In this document: positions 54,985 through 64,000 of the stretch, piece after piece
Numbering within the stretch: the first letter of the stretch is position 1
Layout: every line of letters starts with the position of its first letter
NCBI GenBank assembly: GCA_965207445.1
Contig: CBDBLX010000002.1
Span: 1,623,849 to 1,687,848, forward strand
Reading direction: 5' to 3'
DNA length: 64,000 nt
Source of the DNA: Nitrosopumilus sp.
Lineage (GTDB): Archaea; Thermoproteota; Nitrososphaeria; Nitrososphaerales; Nitrosopumilaceae
Program-made: the position numbers and the translations under genes
The notes under the pieces: model-generated
Database searches by the model: none
What the model was told of the DNA's origin: nothing
The model's input: only the letters and a program-made list of their open reading frames with translations

Positions 54985-55009
54985 AAACTCACGCACATAA
55001 GATAGTTAT

Positions 55010-55486
55010 ATGATACAGCAAAGACTCAAAGAGTTAAGCATCACACTGCCAGACACACCAGCTCCACCTGCAGGCTCATACGTACCGTGTGTTATAGTGG
55101 ACAATATGTTGTACATATCAGGGCAGATCCCACTAAAAGACGGCAAGATCAAGTATACAGGAAAGGTATCTGATTCCAACATTTCAGATGCGCAAGAGTC
55201 AGCACATCTTTGTGCCATAAACATACTTGCCCAAGCAAAAGCAAAACTAAAAGATTTGGAACATATAACAAGGATAGTATCACTTTCAGGTTTTGTGAAC
55301 TCTGAGCCAAACTTTACACAGCATCCAAAAGTAATCAATGCCGCATCAGACATGTTAGTAAATATATTTGGTATGCAAAAAGGAAGTCACAGTAGAATAG
55401 CAATAGGTGTTGCAAGTCTTCCATTAGATGCAATGACGGAGATCGGGGCAGTGATACAAATAAAGGCAAATGTTTTACAGACATAA
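55010..55486 (+). CDS. RidA/YjgF-family protein
   Basis: LYISGQIP, VINAASD, HSRIAIGVASLP. Confidence 0.9.
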   Translation: MIQQRLKELSITLPDTPAPPAGSYVPCVIVDNMLYISGQIPLKDGKIKYTGKVSDSNISDAQESAHLCAINILAQAKAKLKDLEHITRIVSLSGFVNSEPNFTQHPKVINAASDMLVNIFGMQKGSHSRIAIGVASLPLDAMTEIGAVIQIKANVLQT

Positions 55487-55542
55487 ATAATGATCATGTT
55501 AATGTAACCATCCAACCATTTACCAAATTTAGACACAGATTC

Positions 55543-56165
55543 GAGCTTGTGAACACGGCCAATGTTTTTCTAAACGTCTTGTAGAAGAATGGTTAGTGGA
55601 ATACAAGTTCAAATATTGGGATCAACATTCAGACGGTCGTCAAGTAACTAGTAAAGAAAAACACAATAAGGCAAACCAAATTGCTACGGATCTTGCATCG
55701 CAATCAAAGTGGTTGACACATGCACGCTCAATCAAAATTGATGATTTGGAAAAATTAGGATTAAAAATTGTGGATTATAGAAAACAGAAAGATTTAAATG
55801 ATGCTATAACTCGTTACTATATGCTGTTAAGAGTTATGTTTAGTCAATCCCCACGGTATAAAATAATTGAAACTGAAAAGTCTGAAATTTATCAATCCGC
55901 CCCTCCAGAATCTGAAATGATGTCACCGCCTTCTAACTTGAAATCATCACTTATGTCAATACCTGAGAGTGCAATTATCACACCAACATGTCCAAAATGT
56001 TCACATGAATTCAAAGTACAGCTTATGTTCAAAAAAGAAGCCAAACTAGATAAGGATGCACTACCGTACCCAATGGATACAGACATGCTTAACTGCCCCA
56101 ATTGCGATCATATGATTAACATGAAATATATGCGAGAGCGTATCGAAAGACAATTAGATGTGTGA
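55543..56165 (+). pseudogene. C-terminal part of an SDH/ClpP-like protease with zinc ribbon, 5' end replaced by a MITE B stub (55504-55543)
   Basis: LVEEWL.EYKFK.W...KWLTHARSI..DDLEKLGLKI; CPKC...CPNC. Confidence 0.6.
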
Positions 56166-56168
56166 GAA

Positions 56169-56393
56169 ATGGCAAGTGATATGGGAGATCTAAAAGTAAC
56201 GATAGTATTTAGATATGGAGATGTAGTGTTAGAGTCATCAGATATAGACTACAAATACATCAATCAGATGATTGAGCAAAGTAGGGATGTCGCAAAGCTT
56301 GCCAAGGTTGTTGCACAGTTACAACCTAAGCCTTTAATGCCGACACGGTACGGTTCCGGTCCAATCTCATCGATTCAAGATAATAGATCATAA
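56169..56393 (+). CDS. Hypothetical protein
   Basis: 74-aa ORF directly after the protease fragment. Confidence 0.45.
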   Translation: MASDMGDLKVTIVFRYGDVVLESSDIDYKYINQMIEQSRDVAKLAKVVAQLQPKPLMPTRYGSGPISSIQDNRS

Positions 56394-56566
56394 GTCCAAG
56401 AATATCACGTGTGTATCATTTCTATATAGTGAACCTGATTTTAGTTAGATATGAGGTCAAAAAAGATTTGGCATTGTTAGAGATGTCACCATTCTTACGT
56501 CACCGTTTAATGATATCGTGCCGCAACATTATCATAAATAGATCATAAAATAATTTTTGGTAATAC

Positions 56567-56604
56567 GTCAGTAGTTCGCAATATGTTTTATATGATTTAC
56601 TGAC
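56567..56604. mobile_element. 38-bp minimal derivative of the ISH3-like element
   Basis: GTCAGTAGTTCGCAATATGTTTTATATGATT (left end) fused to TACTGAC (right terminus). Confidence 0.75.
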
Positions 56605-56715
56605 TTATGCTCGTCGCTATAGTTAGTATTTACATATTCATAATAATAATAATAATAGTATTGCATATAATAAAAAATAGAAATAATTTTTATCCCCAAT
56701 GCACAAAATCAATAC

Positions 56716-57093
56716 ATGATTAATATGAAAGATCTACAATCAGAAAAATACATCTCAGTTGGAACATATAGAAAAAACGGCAACATAGTAAATACACCCG
56801 TATGGTTTTTCATCAAAGATCAACGAATATACATAGTCACTAGATCAAAAACAGGCAAAGTAAAGAGACTACAAAACAACAACAAAGTCACAATTGCAAA
56901 GTGTACAATGAGCGGGGAGATTACAGGGCCACGTGCGACAGGAATCGCAAATATCATACACGATTCAACACAAACTAGTGAATTGGTAAAACTTCGCAAC
57001 AAAAAGTATGGCATGAAGGCACGATTTGCAAACTTTATGACAAAGGGCAAGGGTGAACATGTTGTGTTTTCAGTAAAGATAGATGAGAACTGA
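56716..57093 (+). CDS. PPOX-class F420-dependent oxidoreductase
   Basis: YISVGTYRKNG..VNTPVWF, GKVKRL.NN..V. Confidence 0.85.
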   Translation: MINMKDLQSEKYISVGTYRKNGNIVNTPVWFFIKDQRIYIVTRSKTGKVKRLQNNNKVTIAKCTMSGEITGPRATGIANIIHDSTQTSELVKLRNKKYGMKARFANFMTKGKGEHVVFSVKIDEN

Positions 57094-57107
57094 TCGCATT
57101 GTCGCCA

Positions 57108-58535
57108 TCAAGCAGTTACAATTCTTTTGTTCATCTCAGATACAAATCGTGTGATCTGGGGGAGTGGAATTGTCGCACCACATGCCTTGTCATGTCCACC
57201 ACCAGAACCTCCAAGCTCAGCTGCAAGCGTATTGACAATCTTGCCAAGATGTGCAGCACATTTTTTTGAGCCACGAACAGATACAGCATAAAAATCATCA
57301 TCTTTTTTTGCCTTGTATGCAATACCCACGTCTTTTCCAGACAGTCCAAGTACAAAGTTTACAGCACCGCTAGCGCCTGCATCTGTAATCTCCATATGGG
57401 CCAGATTCTTTTTCTTTTTCATATTAGACTTTACCTTTGCAATTATCTCAGAGAGTTTTTCCACTTGATCACGTGCAAATACAAATGAATTGGTAATTTC
57501 ATGAGGGAATTTTGACGATACAAGTGCATCAACAAGTGACATTAAATAATCATTTTCTTTTTGATGTCCTACAATGTTATATGTTAGAACAGTTGCACTA
57601 ATTAGTGTAAACTGCCTGTCATAAACTTGCAAAAGATTAGATGCAACAGGTCTATCTTCCATATAATCTGTGATTGCAGCACATGCAGCAATAAAGGTTG
57701 CATGATCATTTAATTTTGATTTAAAGGTTTCATAGACCAAAACACTAGCACACTCGTTTGTGTCATGAATCAATTTGACACCAAGGCTCGCAATCTTTTT
57801 TGCAATGTCAGGATCAATTGTATGATGATCAATATACGTGACAGATATACGACGTTTGCGCAACGTATCCATAATTGAAACAAAATCATCTTGATTCTTT
57901 TTACTTAATCCCAAGTCACATATAAACAACTTTTTTAATCTTTTATCAGAAGCAATATCTTTGAGCATCAACATTTGAGTAGGGTAATCAGTCAATACAG
58001 TATCACCACCATGTGCCTGTTTTATCAATGCAGCAGCACTTATGCCATCAAGGTCTTCTTTATGAGACAAGCAGACAACCCAATCTTGTTTTGGCGTAGT
58101 TGTGTTACGTATAGTTGTTTTACGTGTAGTTGTTTTAGTGGCATTTGTAGTTGCAGTAGTGGTAGTAGTAGTCTTGGGTACTTTTTTGGAGTCTTTTTGT
58201 ACATTTGTTGACCTTTTAGATGTTTTGTTTGTGTTAGTCGTTTTTTTGGGTGTAGATGTAGTCTTTGCAGTGGGTGGTTTTTTAGATGCACTAGTCGTTT
58301 TTTTGGGTGTAGATGTAGTCTTTGCAGTGGGTGGTTTTTTAGATGCACTAGTCGTTTTTTTGGGTGTAGATGTAGTCTTTGCAGTGGGTGGTTTTTTAGA
58401 TGCACTAGTCGTTTTTTTGGGTGTAGATGTAGTCTTTGCAGTGGGTGGTTTTTTAGATGACTTTTTACTATTGCGTAAAGTAGACGAACTGGTGTTTGGT
58501 AATTTTTTATCACTAGTGCTGTTTGTCATACACAA
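57108..58535 (-). CDS. DHH/DHHA1 phosphoesterase with Lys/Thr-rich N-terminal repeats
   Basis: HKEDLDG, ICDL, IDHH, GGGHDKACGA. Confidence 0.9.
   Translation of the reverse strand: MCMTNSTSDKKLPNTSSSTLRNSKKSSKKPPTAKTTSTPKKTTSASKKPPTAKTTSTPKKTTSASKKPPTAKTTSTPKKTTSASKKPPTAKTTSTPKKTTNTNKTSKRSTNVQKDSKKVPKTTTTTTATTNATKTTTRKTTIRNTTTPKQDWVVCLSHKEDLDGISAAALIKQAHGGDTVLTDYPTQMLMLKDIASDKRLKKLFICDLGLSKKNQDDFVSIMDTLRKRRISVTYIDHHTIDPDIAKKIASLGVKLIHDTNECASVLVYETFKSKLNDHATFIAACAAITDYMEDRPVASNLLQVYDRQFTLISATVLTYNIVGHQKENDYLMSLVDALVSSKFPHEITNSFVFARDQVEKLSEIIAKVKSNMKKKKNLAHMEITDAGASGAVNFVLGLSGKDVGIAYKAKKDDDFYAVSVRGSKKCAAHLGKIVNTLAAELGGSGGGHDKACGATIPLPQITRFVSEMNKRIVTA
58235..58459. repeat. 57-bp tandem repeat, about 4 copies (SKKPPTAKTTSTPKKTTSA)
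   Basis: Identical units starting 58235, 58292, 58349, 58406. Confidence 0.95.
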
Positions 58536-58955
58536 AAGTAAAAATTCCTTAATTTAAATGAAGAAAAGCAGTTCAATGAAACTACGCAATTACACATCAC
58601 ATAGAGTACACATAACAAAAGCAAAATCCATCTTAAGCTTGTTTACTTTGTATTTTTAATGCAAATTGTATACAAGTATTTTAATTTATAAAAAATTAAA
58701 ATTAGAACAGAGAACAAAAATATGACCATAATTTACTAGTTTTATTATAATTATTTTTAAATTTAGATTACATATATAGGCAATCTCAAAGTATCTTTAA
58801 TATTATAACAATAATTATTACGCAAACAAGATAAAATGTAAAGTTATAGTGAATGTGATGAAAAACGTTGTAACAACCCAACGTCTTTTTTAAAAATCGT
58901 ACAGAAAAATACTAACCTTAAAGCATAATAAATAGACGAGCATGATGCACAATGT

Positions 58956-60119
58956 ATGAAGACTAAAAATATTGGACTTCGAGGAATAGAAGTAGCAGAT
59001 ACACGAATATCCAATATAGATGGTGAGAATGGTAGACTGATATACCGAGGATTCGACATAGTGGATCTTGTTAAAAATTCCACATTTGAAGAAACAGCAT
59101 ACTTGCTGATTTATGATGGACTTCCTACAAATAATCAACTCAGAGAATTCAAGTCCAAATTGGCAGATGCAAGAAACATACCAAAACAGATGGTTCGAAA
59201 TATGTCAAATTGGAGAAAAGATGCAGATCCCATGGACATGCTACAAGCATTTGTTGCAGCACTTGCAGGTTATTACGATGAAGAGTTTTCAACAAAAGAA
59301 GCAAGTTATGATAGAGCAATTAATCTAGTTGCAAAGGTGCCGACCATAGTAGCAAGTTGGCAGCGACTCAGAGCTGGACTAGATGTAATTGAACCGGATT
59401 CATCACTGACACATGCAGGGAATTTTCTATATATGATGTCAGGGCAAAAACCAGATGCAGAAGTAGAAAAAATATTTGATACATGCCTCATATTACACGA
59501 AGATCATACATTCAATGCATCAACATTTACAGCAAGACAGGTTGCATCAACTAGAGCACACATGTATTCTGCCACAAGTGCAGCAATTGGATCTCTTAGT
59601 GGAGAGCTACATGGAGGAGCAAATACAGAAGTAATGAAGATGTTACTTGAGATCAAAGATATCGATAAAGTAGAGTCATGGATAAAAGAGAGGATAAAAG
59701 ATGGGGAGAGAATAATGGGAATGGGACATGCAGTATACAAGACATATGATCCAAGAGCTCAAGTCTTAAAAGAGATGTCAAGACAACTTGCAAAAAAGAC
59801 AGGAGAGAGGTGGTTTGAGATGACAGAGAAAGTGGAGACAGTCACGATAGATGAAATAAAGTTGCAAAAGAACAGAGACATTTACCCAAACGTCGATCTG
59901 TACAGTGCATCAATATACTATATGTTAAAAATACCAGTAGACCTAAACACGCCAATATTTGCAATCTCTCGCGCAGTTGGTTGGGCAGCACACATAATAG
60001 AAGAAAAGTTTGCAGAAGCCGCACCTCGCCCTGCGCTTTACAGACCAAAAGCAGTCTATGTTGGAAAGTATTGTGGTCCAGAAGGATGTGAGTACAAAAC
60101 AATCGATCTGCGGAACTGA
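58956..60119 (+). CDS. gltA: Citrate synthase
   Basis: DHTFNAST, LHGGAN, MGMGHAVYK..DPR, YPNVD. Confidence 0.95.
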   Translation: MKTKNIGLRGIEVADTRISNIDGENGRLIYRGFDIVDLVKNSTFEETAYLLIYDGLPTNNQLREFKSKLADARNIPKQMVRNMSNWRKDADPMDMLQAFVAALAGYYDEEFSTKEASYDRAINLVAKVPTIVASWQRLRAGLDVIEPDSSLTHAGNFLYMMSGQKPDAEVEKIFDTCLILHEDHTFNASTFTARQVASTRAHMYSATSAAIGSLSGELHGGANTEVMKMLLEIKDIDKVESWIKERIKDGERIMGMGHAVYKTYDPRAQVLKEMSRQLAKKTGERWFEMTEKVETVTIDEIKLQKNRDIYPNVDLYSASIYYMLKIPVDLNTPIFAISRAVGWAAHIIEEKFAEAAPRPALYRPKAVYVGKYCGPEGCEYKTIDLRN

Positions 60120-60434
60120 TCTAGTTGTAACGTTGACACTATTATTTTGATTTTTAATTTAATTATAGGTATGCAGCATATTGACATTTTACATGATCTT
60201 TTTATGTTTGTCAATAAACGGGTCTTCTGCGTTAATCGTTGGTAACTGAAATCTGGCAAGTTCCGTAGGTATGCGCATGGCGTGGTTGAATAAACTTTTT
60301 AAAAATTCACAATTTAAAATCTCACATAATGTATAATTCTAGTGAACATTTTCTCAAAATATGGGTGTGTTGATATAGTTTTTGAACATGAACATTAAGT
60401 ATACACGTCGTGAGATCTCATTGATGAATTAAAA

Positions 60435-61145
60435 ATGAGATCAAAGAGTGTACAACAAAAGATTACTGATTATGAATTTAACCCTGGTGGTGTTCAAGAT
60501 TCAAATGATTTGGGACAAAAACGCCCAAAGTTAGATCGTCTTAAACGATTTAGAGGATGGTTTACACTAAAACGTGACAGGACAGTAAGGCTAGCAACAT
60601 GGATGCAAAAACGTGTCTCATGGAACAAGGGCGCAACAAAACAAGGTCAAAAAGCCATGCATATACTGGAAAAACCAGATAATATAACGTGCATTAAACC
60701 TGGTCATTATACAGTCAAATCGCAGTCCCAACCAGGTCTGTGGTATGATGTTATCCGGAAATCTACCGGAAGATATGAGTATAACTGCTTTGATTACGAA
60801 TACAGAAAAGCTAAATGTAAACACATTTTGGCGGTGACGGCACATGTAGTGGACAATGAAGCAGAAGCAGCAGAATAAGCAAAACTCATGACAAGGGAAA
60901 CAACAATGTCATTGAAAGTTTTAACAATATACAGCGAATCTGTTACAATCCTCGACGCGGAATCAAAAGCACAAAATCTGCCATAACCATGGGCTTTAGT
61001 GTGTGGTACAACTATGTACGTTCACATGGACCGTTAGGATGTACACCTGCAGAAGCAGCAGGAATAACAATACACGGCAATAACAAATGGATTACACTCA
61101 TCGGCAATGCTGGCGTGGCAGCCATGGGAGGAGCAGTGGACTGAG
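60435..61145 (+). pseudogene. IS6-like transposase with N-terminal SWIM finger, internally deleted
   Basis: YTVKSQS...CFDY...CKHILAV, then YNYVRSH...TPAEAAGI...NKWITLI; DDE core missing. Confidence 0.7.
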
Positions 61146-61148
61146 TCT

Positions 61149-61264
61149 GCATACTGATATGATTAAAGATCCGATATTTTGATTGATATTCATCACGAAG
61201 TTGAGCACATATTATGAATACAAAATATTAGAAAACTATCGGATCTTTAATGAAACTATTATGC
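61149..61264. mobile_element. MITE family D
   Basis: Reverse complement of 44961-45076. Confidence 0.92.
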
Positions 61265-61390
61265 TTTAGAGTCATTTGTAGCCCAGTCTTCGTGTGTCCT
61301 TTTCACGTACAGTGATGGAAACCTGACTGTCCCGTGTTCTGAGACGCACTTTACAAAGCCCATCCCCATGTCCAATCCTACGTTTAGCAT
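61259..61390 (-). pseudogene. N-terminal fragment of a ParM/StbA-like actin ATPase
   Basis: MLNVGLDMGMGFVKCVSEHGTVRFPSLY: phosphate-1 DxGxxxxK and FPS; cut off by MITE D. Confidence 0.6.
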
Positions 61391-61625
61391 GGCATCAGAT
61401 ATTTCATTTGCATATAAGGGAGATTCATGTTATAATGGTAATGTCGCATGAAATTTCGTGCGCCACCATGTACCCGATCTCAAAAGAACTGCCATTCAAG
61501 CCCGAACATTTCGAGATGCTAAAACGTAAGGTATATCAAGTACTGCACCATAGTAATTTTGGTAAAGGAGGGCCGTCGGAGCTCGTTGGGGTCAATCTTG
61601 ATTTCACCTTTCCGCAGTTCATATC

Positions 61626-61740
61626 CATAATAGTTTCATTAAAGATCCGATAGTTTTCTAATATTTTGTATTCATAATATGTGCTCAACTTCGAGATAAA
61701 TATCAATCAAAATATCGGATCTTTAATCATATCAGTATGC
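61626..61740. mobile_element. MITE family D (inverted relative to the 61149 copy)
   Basis: Near-identical to 44961-45076. Confidence 0.92.
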
Positions 61741-61898
61741 ATAACCTTGCCATGTGAATCCAAGGGTCTTGAGCCAGTCATGCAACGACGGTGATATTAC
61801 GGGACGCATCAATGTCGCACAAGTGACAATGGTAGCAACGTGCAAGTTACCAACGATTAACGCAGAAGACCCACCAGCACCATAATCATGAACCTTAT

Positions 61899-62114
61899 AT
61901 GAGGGTAGGTCGCAGTGATCGCATGCCGAAAATGGGTTGCTGTTCATGTGGAATCGAAATCCAGTCGAGCCTAGTGTGCGACTTCTGTTATGGGCACATG
62001 TGCACGGGCTGCGACACAAAGGCAAAGAGCGAGGGCATAGACGTCCATTACTGCTCGGCGTGCATCCGTACGGCCAAATGCTCCGGAGAGAACCTTCCCC
62101 CGAGGTTTGTATGA
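61899..62114 (+). CDS. Small Cys-rich zinc-finger protein
   Basis: CSC, CDFC, CTGC, CSAC in 71 aa. Confidence 0.5.
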   Translation: MRVGRSDRMPKMGCCSCGIEIQSSLVCDFCYGHMCTGCDTKAKSEGIDVHYCSACIRTAKCSGENLPPRFV

Positions 62115-62121
62115 CATACAT

Positions 62122-63511
62122 GTCAGTAGTTCGCAATGTGTTTTATATGATTTTATTTGAATAATCTACAATGTCATTGAACGTTGATGATCATACTTGA
62201 TCAGATCAAATAAAAAGTGTAACATATGGGAATATTTTAGTACATCTAATTGTATATGAAAAATGAGGTACTAGAACATCAATATGAATTAGGACAAGTA
62301 AATTATAAAGATTTGCGAAAACAATTAGTCGATCTTGGACTAGACATATCAACCAGATATAACAGCAAATATGGTGCGGATGATTATCTTGGGACACTTG
62401 CTACCATGTCACTTGACAACATGTGCGTAAATGCAGCAACACACAAAAGAAAACGCAATGAGGCCAACTATTTTAGAAAAAGCGATCTCATAAACATACC
62501 ATCTGAAAATACTGTGTCCAAATGCCTAAAGAGTGCAGATCTAGAGTACGTGAAAGTGAAGGTGACAAGAATGTCAAAACTGTTTAACAATGCCAGAAAA
62601 CACAACATGCTCAAAAAAGGCAAGCATTATTGCAATTGATGAGCGGATGGGAATATTATGGCAAGGAACTTAAACCTGAGATGCTAAAAACAAAGCCCAA
62701 AAATGACACTGCGCGATTTCATTCAGTTATGACAGCACAAATGGTAAATCAAGACAGGTAACATACCTTTGTTTGCACATCGTGTGCAATAATGATAAAA
62801 TGGCCACAATCATGCGTAAAATTATTGAAAAATTAATTCGCGAGGATGTGTGTCCAGAACTTGGTCTCCTTGATCGAGGTTTTTACAACGTTGCATGCAT
62901 AGATGAACTTTTGCGCTTGCGCCTGTCTTTCATAATGCCGGCAATCAAAAATAAGCGCATATAAAAGTACAGTTTAAAAGTTCACAACAAAAAGAGAAAA
63001 ACTGCACAAGTCATTGAGATGCGTGATAAAAACAAAAAAGCAGTAAAGTTCACTCTACTTGTCGTCAAAAAAAACAATGCCAAAAAAACTGATGACATAG
63101 TTGATCAGTATGTAGCATTTGCCACAAATATGAAAATCACTAGCAAAAGCAAACTCATCAAAACCATCCCAGAGACTTATCGCAAGCGCTAGATAATAGA
63201 GACTGGATATATGGTGATAAAAAACACGACTCCAAAGACAACTAGCAACGCCTTGCATCTTCGATTACTGTTGATATTTTTTGGAATGTTGTTATATGGT
63301 TTATGGGTAATGGCAAGGTACGAAAATTACGGCGGACTTGCAGGTGGAAAATTATTCACAATGGGTGCGTTTCTGGATTCAATTGCCGGATCAATCAGAA
63401 GACTGCTTCGGTGGGAATTGGAGCACGGTGGTTCCTTGTCATTGCAAATATGCCGCACTGCATAATCAAAAATAAGATCATTAAAAATTGAGTATATTGC
63501 GAACTACTGAC
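62122..63511 (+). mobile_element. ISH3-like element, second copy, transposase pseudogenised
   Basis: TIRs GTCAGTAGTTCGCAAT...ATTGCGAACTACTGAC; LLDRGFYNV; YRKR*IIETGY. Confidence 0.88.
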
Positions 63512-64000
63512 GTTGCCGCACGACATGTCACGATATAACCAAATAACAAAAATTCACTCATCTCCATGGCCAACTTACATAATCATCTAGTCACAACACC
63601 TAAAATTTTACATCATATCAACTGCTAAAATTTACATAACTCACAATTCGGACTATCATACCCATCACCTTACATCTAGATATAATCAATTCTGGATTAC
63701 CTCTATGATATCATTAATTGACCCGTGCAGGTGTGCCGGTTTATGATCATCAATAATTAGACCTGAACGCTTACGTTATGCAACACGCTAGATCTAACCT
63801 TAAATCTATATTGGTGATTCGTGTAACATATACTAATGTTAGTCGAAAAAACCTATCGAACCGAATGTGACCGGAACATTCAAGAAATAATTCGTGTCAC
63901 TATGCCTCACAATGTCACACGTAACATCATTACTAAAAAGGAAATACTAAAGATCATATTCTCTGCAAAAGAAATGCTAACAGAGCAAAACCCATACAAA

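Noticed and set aside
58040..58557. Long overlapping ORFs 58040..58513 (-) and 58102..58557 (+), and similar antisense ORFs over core genes
   Set aside because: Shadow frames created by the 57-bp repeat and codon bias

Overview
AT-rich archaeal chromosomal segment. The core genes (PINA ATPase, AspRS, ilvB-ilvH-leuA/leuB, LsrF-type aldolase, A/V-ATPase F, carAB, CdvC, TrmB, citrate synthase) look like Nitrosopumilaceae (ammonia-oxidising Thaumarchaeota). The many IS remnants, MITEs, pseudogenes and low-complexity protein insertions suggest a host-associated or small-population lineage; this is inference. Accessory islands lie at about 2.5-6.1, 12.4-14.4, 16.4-24.6, 30.8-32.9, 40.8-46.2, 55.5-56.6 and 60.2-64 kb. 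Top observations: (1) a tRNA with a Ser-type body and a Phe (GAA) anticodon, transcribed divergently from a ~46-nt hairpin-closed RNA whose two segments are exactly complementary to the tRNA on both sides of the anticodon, next to an MNT-HEPN module. This is a candidate mistranslating-tRNA toxin / antisense-RNA antitoxin system. (2) A 21-nt bulge-helix-bulge-type intron inside carB whose canonical excision exactly restores the conserved GEFDYSG motif. (3) Three unrelated loci with a ~36-bp duplication flanking a ~36-bp insert (period 72-73), resembling ectopic CRISPR spacer integration. (4) A 5.3-kb composite transposon with a 9-bp target duplication. All family calls come from motif recognition by eye; no database searches were run.
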